Assembly: GCA_030390025.1 (NCBI GenBank)
Contig: CM059432.1
Coordinates: 90,150,001-90,214,000, forward strand
Source of the DNA: Squalus acanthias
Lineage: Eukaryota
Length of the DNA: 64,000 nucleotides
Reading direction: 5' to 3'
Below the pieces are notes generated by a model. That model saw nothing but the letters and a program-made list of their open reading frames with translations. It was not told the origin of the DNA and ran no database searches. How positions within the stretch are numbered: the first letter of the stretch is position 1; every line of letters begins with the position of its first letter. A program made the translations under genes and the position numbers. Below, in pieces: positions 54,901 through 64,000 of this stretch.

Positions 54901-57900
54901 CACAGGGCTCACATTACTGATTTCAGAGACTGCACAGCGCACACACTACTGATTTCAGGGCATCCACAGCATTCACTACTGATTGCAGAGAATGCCGAGC
55001 GCTCACACTACTGCTTTCAGAGAATGCACAGCGCTCACACTATTGATTTCAGAGAATGCACTGCACTCACGCTAATGATTTCAGAGAATGCACAGTAATC
55101 ACACTACAGATTTCAGGGAATCCAAAGCATTTACACCACTGATTTCAGACAATGCACAGTACTCACACTAATGATTTCAGAGAATGCACAGCACGCATTA
55201 TTGACTTCAGACAATGCACAGTGCACACTACTCATTTCAGAGAATACACAGCGCTCACACTACTGATTTCAGACAATGCACAGCGCACACACTACTCATT
55301 TCAGAGAATGCACAGCGCTCACACTAATGGTTTCATAGAATGCACAGCGCTCACACTACTGGTTTCATAGAATGCACAGTGCCCACTCCACTGATTTCAG
55401 AGAATGCACAATGCTCACGCTATTGATTTCAGACAATGCACAGCCCTGACACTACTGTTTTCAGAGAATGCACAGCGCTCATACTACTGATTTCAGGGAA
55501 TCCACAGCATTCACACTACTGATTAGAGAGAATGCACAGCGCTCACACTAAAGATTTCAGACAATGCACAGCACACACTACTGATATCAGTGACTGCACA
55601 GCACCCACACTGCTGATTTCAGGGAATCCAAAGCATTCACCCTACTGATTTCAGACAATGCACAGCGCTCACACTAATGATTTCAGACAATGCACAGCGC
55701 TCACAATACTGATTTCAGAAAATGTTCGTCGCTCACACTACTGATTTCAGAGAATACACAGCACTCACACTACTGTTTTCAGAGAATGCACAGCACCCAC
55801 TCTACTGATTTCAGACAATGCACAGTGCTCACACAACTGATTTCAGAGAATTCACAGTGATCACACTACTGATTTCAGAGAATGCACAGCACACACTACT
55901 GATTTCAGGGTATCCACACTTGCTCACACTACTCATTTCAGAGAATTCACAGCGCTCACACAACTGATTTCAGAGAATTCACAGCACTCACACCACTGAT
56001 TTCAGACAATGCACAGCGCACACACTAATCATTTCAGAAAATGCACAGTGCTCACACTACTGATTTCAGACAATGCACATAATTCACACTAATGATTTCA
56101 GAGCATGCACAGTGCTCACTACTGAAATCAGACAATGCACAGCATTCATACTACTGATTTCAGACAATGCACAGCGCACACACTACTAATTTCAGACAAA
56201 GTACAGTGCTCACACTACTGATTTCAGAGACTGCACATTGCTCACACTATTGATTTCAGGGAATCCATAGCATTCACTACTGATTTCAGAGAATGCACAT
56301 CGCTCACACTACTAATTTCAGAGAATGCACAGCGCTCACATGACTGAATTCAGACAATGAACAGTGCTCACACTACTGATTTCAGAGCATGCACGGTGCT
56401 CACTACTGAAATCAGACAATGCACAGCATTCACACTACTGATTTCAGAGAATGCTCAGCATTCACACTACTGTTTTCAGACAATGCACAGCACTCACCGT
56501 ACTGATTTCAGAGAATGCACAGAGCTCACACTACTGATTTCAGAGAATGCACAGTGCTCACACTACTGATTTCAGAGAATGCACAGTGCTCACACTACTG
56601 ATTTCAGAGAATGCTCAGCGCTCACACTACTGATTTCAGAGAATGCACAGTGCTCACACTACTGATTTCAGAGAATGCTCAGCGCTCACACTACTGATTT
56701 CAGACAAAGTACAGTGCTCATACTACTGATTTCAGAGACTGCACATTGCTCACACTACTGATTTCAGGGAATCCATAGCATTCACTACTGATTTCAGAGA
56801 ATGCACATCGCTCACACTACTGATATCAGAGAATGCACAGCACTCACACTACTGATTTCAGAGAATGCACAGTGCTCACACTACTGATTTCAGAGAATGC
56901 TCAGCGCTCACACTACTGATTTCAGACAAAGTACAGTGCTCACACTACTGATTTCAGAGAATGCACAGTGCTCACACTACTGATTTCAGAGAATGCTCAG
57001 TGCTCACACTACTGATTTCAGACAAAGTACAGTGCTCACACTACTGATTTCAGAGACTGCACATTGCTCACACTACTGATTTCAGGGAATCCATAGCATT
57101 CACTACTGATTTCAGAGAATGCACATCGCTCACACTACTGATATCAGAGCATGCACAGTGCTCACTACTGAAATCAGACAATGCACAGCATTCACACTAC
57201 TGATTTCAGAGAATGCTCAGCATTCACACTACTGTTTTCAGACAATGCACAGCACTCACCGTACTGATTTCAGAGAATGCACGGTGCTCAAAATACTGAT
57301 TTCAGAGAATGCACAGAGCTCACACTACTGATTTCAGAGAATGCACAGTGCTCACACTACTGATTTCAGAGAATGCTCAGCGCTCACACTACTGATTTCA
57401 GAGAATGCACAGTGCTCACACTACTGATTTCAGAGAATGCTCAGCGCTCACACTACTGATTTCAGAGACTGCACATTGCTCACACTACTGATTTCAGGGA
57501 ATCCATAGCATTCACTACTGATTTCAGAGAATGCACATCGCTCACACTACTAATTTCAGAGAATGCACAGCGCTCACATGACTGAATTCAGACAATGAAC
57601 AGTGCTCACACTACTGATTTCAGAGCATGCACAGTGCTCACTACTGAAATCAGACAATGCACAGCATTCACACTACTGATTTCAGAGAATGCTCAGCATT
57701 CACACTACTGTTTTCAGACAATGCACAGCACTCACCGTACTGATTTCAGAGAATGCACAGTGCTAAAAATACTGATTTCAGAGAATGCACAGAGCTCACA
57801 CTACTGATTTCAGAGAATGCACAGTGCTCACACTACTGATTTCAGAGAATGCTCAGCGCTCACACTACTGATTTCAGACAAAGTACAGTGCTCACACTAC

Positions 57901-60900
57901 TGATTTCAGAGACTGCACATTGCTCACACTACTGATTTCAGGGAATCCATAGCATTCACTACTGATTTCAGAGAATGCACATCGCTCACACTACTGATAT
58001 CAGAGAATGCACAGCACTCACACTACTGATTTCAGAGAATGCACAGCGCACACACTACTCATTTCAGAGCATGCACAGTGCTCACTAGTGAAATCACGCA
58101 ATGCACAGCATTCACACTACTGATTTCAGAGAATGCTCAGCATTCACACTACTGTTTTCAGGGAACGCACAGCGCTCACACTATTGATTTCAGAGAATGC
58201 ACCGTGCTCACAATACTGATTTCAGAGAATGCTCAGCATTCACACTACTGTTTTGAGACAATGCACAGCGCTCACACTACTGATTTCAGAGAATGCACAG
58301 CGCTCACACTACTGATTTCAGACAAAGCACAGTGCTCACACTACTGATTTCAGACAAAGCACAGTGCTCACATTACTGATTTCAGAGACTGCACAGCGCA
58401 CACACTACTGATTTCAGGGCATCCACAGCATTCACTACTGAGTTCAGAGAATGCACAGCACACATACTACTGATTTCAGAGAATGCCGAGCGCTCACACA
58501 ACTGCTTTCAGAGAATGCACAGCGCTCACACTACTACTTTCAGAGAATGCACAGCGCTCACACTATTGATTTCAGAGAATGCACTGCGCTCACACTAATG
58601 ATTTCAGAGAATGCACAGTAACCACACTACAGATTTCAGGAAATCCAAAGCATTCACAGCACTGATTAGAGAGAATGCACAGTGCTCACAATACTGATTT
58701 CAGAAAATGTTCGTCGCTCGCACTACTGATTTCAGAGAATACACAGCACTCACACTGCTGTTTTCAGAGAATGCACAGCACCCACTCTACTGATTTCAGA
58801 AAATGCACAGCGCTCACACAACTGATTTCAGAGAATTCACAGTGATCACACTACTGATTTCAGAGAATGCACAGCGCTCACACTACTGATTTCAGGGCAT
58901 CCACAGCATTCACTACTGAGTTCAGAGAATGCACAGCACTCATACTACTGATTTCAGAGAATGCCGAGCGCTCACACAACTGCTTTCAGAGAATGCATAG
59001 CGCTCACACTACTGCTTTCAGAGAATGCACAGCGCTCACACTATTGATTTCAGAGAATGCACTGCGCTCACACTAATGATTTCAGACAAAGCACAGTGCT
59101 CACATTACTGATTTCAGAGACTGCACAGCGCTCACACTACTGATTTCAGGGCATCCACAGCATTCACGACTGAGTTCAGAGAATGCACAGCACTCATACT
59201 ACTGATTTCAGAGAATGCCGAGCGCTCACACAACTGCTTTCAGAGAATGCACAGCGCTCACACTACTGATTTCAGAGAATGCACAGCGCTCACACTATTG
59301 ATTTCAGAGAATGCACTGCGCTCACACTAATGATTTCAGAGAATGCACAGTAACCACACTACAGATTTCAGGAAATCCAAAGCATTTACACCACTGATTT
59401 CAGACAATGCACAGTACTCACACTAATGATTTCAGAGAATGCACAGCATGCACTACTGACTTCAGACAATGCACAGTGCACACTACTCATTTCAGAGAAT
59501 GCACAGCGCTCACACTACTGATTTCAGACAATGCACAGCGCACACACTACTCATTTCAGAGAATGCACAGCGCTCACACTAATGGTTTCATAGAATGCAT
59601 AGCGCTCACACTACAGGTTTCATAGAATGCACAGTGCCCACTCTACTGATTTCAGAGAATGCACAACGCTCATGCTATTGATTTCAGACAATGCACAGCC
59701 CTGACACTATTGTTTTCAGAGAATGCACAGCGCTCATACTACTGATTTCAGGGAATCCACAGCATTCACACTACTGATTAGAAAGAATGCACAGCGCTCA
59801 CACTAATGATTTCAGACAATGCACAGCACACACTACTGATATCAGAGACTGCACAGCACCCACACTGCTGATTTCAGGGAATCCAAAGCATTCACCCTAC
59901 TGATTTCAGACAATGCACAGCGCTCACACTAATGATTTCAGACAATGCACAGCTCTCACACTACTGTTTTCAGAGAACGCACAGCAACCACTCTACTATT
60001 TTCAGACAATGCACAGTGCTCACACAACTGATTTCAGAGAATTCACAGTGATCACACTAATGATTTCAGAGAATGCACAGCACACACTACTGATTTCAGG
60101 GTATCCACACTTGCTCACACTACTCATTTCAGAGAATTCACAGCGCTCACACAACTGATTTCAGAGAATGCACAGCACTCACACCACTGATTTCAGACAA
60201 TGCGCAGCACTCACACTAATCATTTCAGAAAATGCACAGTGCTCACACTACTGATTTCAGAGTCTGCTCAGCGCTCACACTAATGATTTCAGAGCATGCA
60301 CAGTGCTCACTACTGAAATCAGACAATGCACAGCATTCATACTACTGATTTCAGACAATGCACAGCGCACACACTACTAATTTCAGAGAATGCACAGCGC
60401 TCACACGACTGAATTCAGACAATGAACAGTGCTCACACTACTGATTTCAGAGAATGCACAGAGCTCACACTACTGATTTCAGAGAATGCACAGTGCTCAC
60501 ACTACTGATTTCAGAGAATGCTCAGCGCTCACACTACTGATTTCAGACAAAGTACAGCACTCACCGTACTGATTTCAGAGAATGCACAGTGCTCAAAATA
60601 CTGATTCCAGAGACTGCACAGTGCTCACACTACTGATTTCAGGGAATCCATAGCATTCACTACTGATTTCAGAGAATGCACAGCACTCACACTACTGATT
60701 TCAGAGAATGCACAGCGCACACACTACTCATTTCAGAGATTGCTCAGCGCTCACACTACTGATTTCAAAGCATGCACAGTGCTCACTAGTGAAATCACGC
60801 AATGCACAGCATTCACACTACTGATTTCAGAGAATGCTCAGCATTCACACTACTGTTTTCAGGGAACGCACAGCGCTCACACTATTGATTTCAGAGAATG

Positions 60901-63900
60901 CACCGTGCTCACAATACTGATTTCAGAGAATGCTCAGCATTCACACAACTGTTTTGAGACAATGCACAGCTATCACACTACTGATTTCAGAGAATGCACT
61001 GCGCTCACACTACTGATTTCAGAGATTGCACAGTTCTCACACGACTGATTTCAGAGAATGCAGAGCGCTCACACTACTGATTTCAGACAAAGCAGTGCTC
61101 ACACTACTGATTTCAGACAAAGCACGGTGCTCACATTACTGATTTCAGAGACTGCACAGCGCTCACACTACTGATTTCAGGGCATCCACAGCATTCACTA
61201 CTGAGTTCAGAGAATGCACAGCACTCATACTACTGATTTCAGAGAATGCCGAGCGCTCACACAACTGCTTTCAGAGAATGCATAGCGCTCACACTACTGC
61301 TTTCAGAGAATGCACAGCGCTCACACTATTGATTTCAGAGAATGCACTGCGCTCACACTAATGATTTCAGAGATTGCACAGTAACCACACTACAGATTTC
61401 AGGAAATCCAAAACATTTACACCACTGATTTCAGACAATGCACAGTACTCACACTAATGATTTCAGAGAATGCACAGCATGCACTACTGACTTCAGACAA
61501 TGCACAGTGCACACTACTCATTTCAGAGAATACACAGCGCTCACACTACTGATTTCAGACAATGCACAGCGTGCACAATACTCATTTCAGAGAATGCACA
61601 GCGCTCACACTACAGGTTTCATAGAATGCACAGTGCCCACTCTACTGATTTCAGAGAATGCACAACGCTCACGTATTGATTTCAGACAATGCACAGCCCT
61701 GACACTACTGTTTTCAGAGAATGCACAGCGCTCATGCTACTGATTTCAGGGAATCCACAGCATTCACACTACTGATTAGACAGAATGCACAGCGCTCACA
61801 CTAATGATTTCAGACAATGCACAGCACACACTACTGATATCAGAGACTGCACTGCACCCACACTGCTGATTTCAGGGAATCCAAAGCATTCACCCTGATT
61901 TCAGACAATGCACAGCGCTCACAATACTGAATTCAGAAAATGTTCGTCGCTTACACTACTGATTTCAGAGAATACACAGCACTCGCACTACTGTTTTCAG
62001 AGAATGCACAGCACCCACTCTACTGATTTCAGACAATGCACAGTGCTCACACAACTGATTTCAGAGAATTCACAGTGATCACACTACTGATTTCAGAGAA
62101 TGCACAGCACTCACTCCACTGATTTCAGACAATGCACCGCATTCATACTACTGATTTCAGACAATGCACAGCGCGCACACGACTGAATTCAGACAATGAA
62201 TAGTGCTCAGACTACTGATTTCAGAGCATGCACAGTGCTCACTACTGAAATCAGACAATGCACAGCATTCACACTACTGATTTCAGAGAATGCTCAGCAT
62301 TCACACTACTGTTTTCAGACAATGCACAGCACTCACCGTACTGATTTCAGATAATGCACAGTGCTCAAAATACTGATTTCAGAGAATGCACAGAGCTCAC
62401 ACTACTGATTTCAGAGAATGCACAGTGCTCACACTACTGATTTCAGAGAATGCTCAGCGCTCACACTACTGATTTCAGACAAAGTACAGTGCTCACACTA
62501 CTGATTTCAGAGACTACACAGTGCTCACACTACTGATTTCAGGGAATCCATAGCATTCACTACTGATTTCAGAGAATGCACATCGCTCACACTACTGATA
62601 TCAGAGAATGCACAGCACTCACACTACTGATTTCAGAGAATGCACAGCGCACACACTACTCATTTCAGAGATTGCTCAGCACTCACACTACTGATTTCAT
62701 AGCATGCACAGTGCTCACACTACTGATTTCAGAGAATGCTCAGCGCTCACACTACTGATTTCAGACAAAGTACAGTGCTCACACTACTGATTTCAGAGAA
62801 TGCACAGTGCTCACACTACTGATTTCAGAGAATGCTCAGCGCTCACACTACTGATTTCAGACAAAGTACAGTGCTCACACTACTGATTTCAGAGACTGCA
62901 CATTGCTCACACTACTGATTTCAGGGAATCCATAGCATTCACTACTGATTTCAGAGAATGCACATCGCTCACACTACTGATATCAGAGCATGCACAGTGC
63001 TCACTACTGAAATCAGACAATGCACAGCATTCACACTACTGATTTCAGAGAATGCTCAGCATTCACACTACTGTTTTCAGACAATGCACAGCACTCACCG
63101 TACTGATTTCAGAGAATGCACAGTGCTCAAAATACTGATTTCAGAGAATGCACAGAGCTCACACTACTGATTTCAGAGAATGCACAGTGCTCACACTACT
63201 GATTTCAGAGAATGCTCAGCGCTCACACTACTGATTTCAGAGAATGCACAGTGCTCACACTACTGATTTCAGAGAATGCTCAGCGCTCACACTACTGATT
63301 TCAGAGACTGCACATTGCTCACACTACTGATTTCAGGGAATCCATAGCATTCACTACTGATTTCAGAGAATGCACATCGCTCACACTACTAATTTCAGAG
63401 AATGCACAGCGCTCACATGACTGAATTCAGACAATGAACAGTGCTCACACTACTGATTTCAGAGCATGCACAGTGCTCACTACTGAAATCAGACAATGCA
63501 CAGCATTCACACTACTGATTTCAGAGAATGCTCAGCATTCACACTACTGTTTTCAGACAATGCACAGCACTCACCGTACTGATTTCAGAGAATGCACAGT
63601 GCTAAAAATACTGATTTCAGAGACTGCACAGAGCTCACACTACTGATTTCAGAGAATGCACAGTGCTCACACTACTGATTTCAGAGAATGCTCAGCGCTC
63701 ACACTACTGATTTCAGACAAAGTACAGTGCTCACACTACTGATTTCAGAGACTGCACATTGCTCACACTACTGATTTCAGGGAATCCATAGCACACACTA
63801 CTGATTTCAGAGAATGCTCAGCATTCACACTACTGTTTTCAGGGAACGCACAGCGCTCACACTATTGATTTCAGAGAATGCACCGTGCTCACAATACTGA

Positions 63901-64000
63901 TTTCAGAGAATGCTCAGCATTCACACTACTGTTTTGAGACAATGCACAGTGCTCACACTACTGATTTCAGGGAATGCACAGCGCTCACACTACAGATTTC

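Larger units (their letters stand above)
13810..64000 (+). repeat. Tandem satellite array of a 32-bp monomer (consensus CAGCGCTCACACTACTGATTTCAGAGAATGCA), >50 kb, running off the window end
   Basis: Continuous head-to-tail copies in one orientation, with frequent 30-bp variants. About 1,500 or more monomers by length divided by period. The first copies at ~13810-13900 are degenerate. Confidence 0.99.

Noticed and set aside
14803..63646. Dozens of short ORFs (MHSAHTTDFRECTALTLLISENAQRSHY...) with Cys/His, superficially zinc-finger-like
   Set aside because: They are translations of the 32-bp monomer cycling through three frames, open only where the TGA is mutated. There is no C2H2 spacing or linker.
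13884..64000. CRISPR-like array (32-bp repeat with internal dyad)
   Set aside because: The monomers are directly head-to-tail with no unique spacers, there are no cas genes, and the context is eukaryotic.

Overview
This is eukaryotic, repeat-dominated DNA, and no intact protein-coding gene can be supported. The interspersed repeats resemble families I recall from cartilaginous-fish (shark) genomes, which is an inference. Bases 1-13.8 kb are unique or decayed-transposon sequence. They contain Penelope-like terminal fragments with minimal hammerhead-ribozyme cores (~1.42-1.53 kb and an inverted pair at ~2.53-2.65 kb), an internally deleted PIF/Harbinger-type transposon with a frameshifted Myb/SANT remnant (5176-7256), a ~1 kb nearly pure C-rich minisatellite (7805-8830), and a decayed CR1-type LINE (~11.57-13.67 kb) interrupted by a hairpin-rich MITE (12826-13586). 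From ~13.8 kb to the window end lies a >50 kb tandem satellite of a 32-bp monomer (CAGCGCTCACACTACTGATTTCAGAGAATGCA). The array has regional variant layers, kilobase-scale tandem duplications (~1.8, 3.6, 5.8 and 6.2 kb) and two copies of a 136-bp fold-back insertion with a 13-bp target-site duplication. The ORFs in the satellite and in the C-rich tract are by-products of the repeats. I found no convincing new multi-gene system. The best leads are the satellite's architecture and the ribozyme-bearing fragments.
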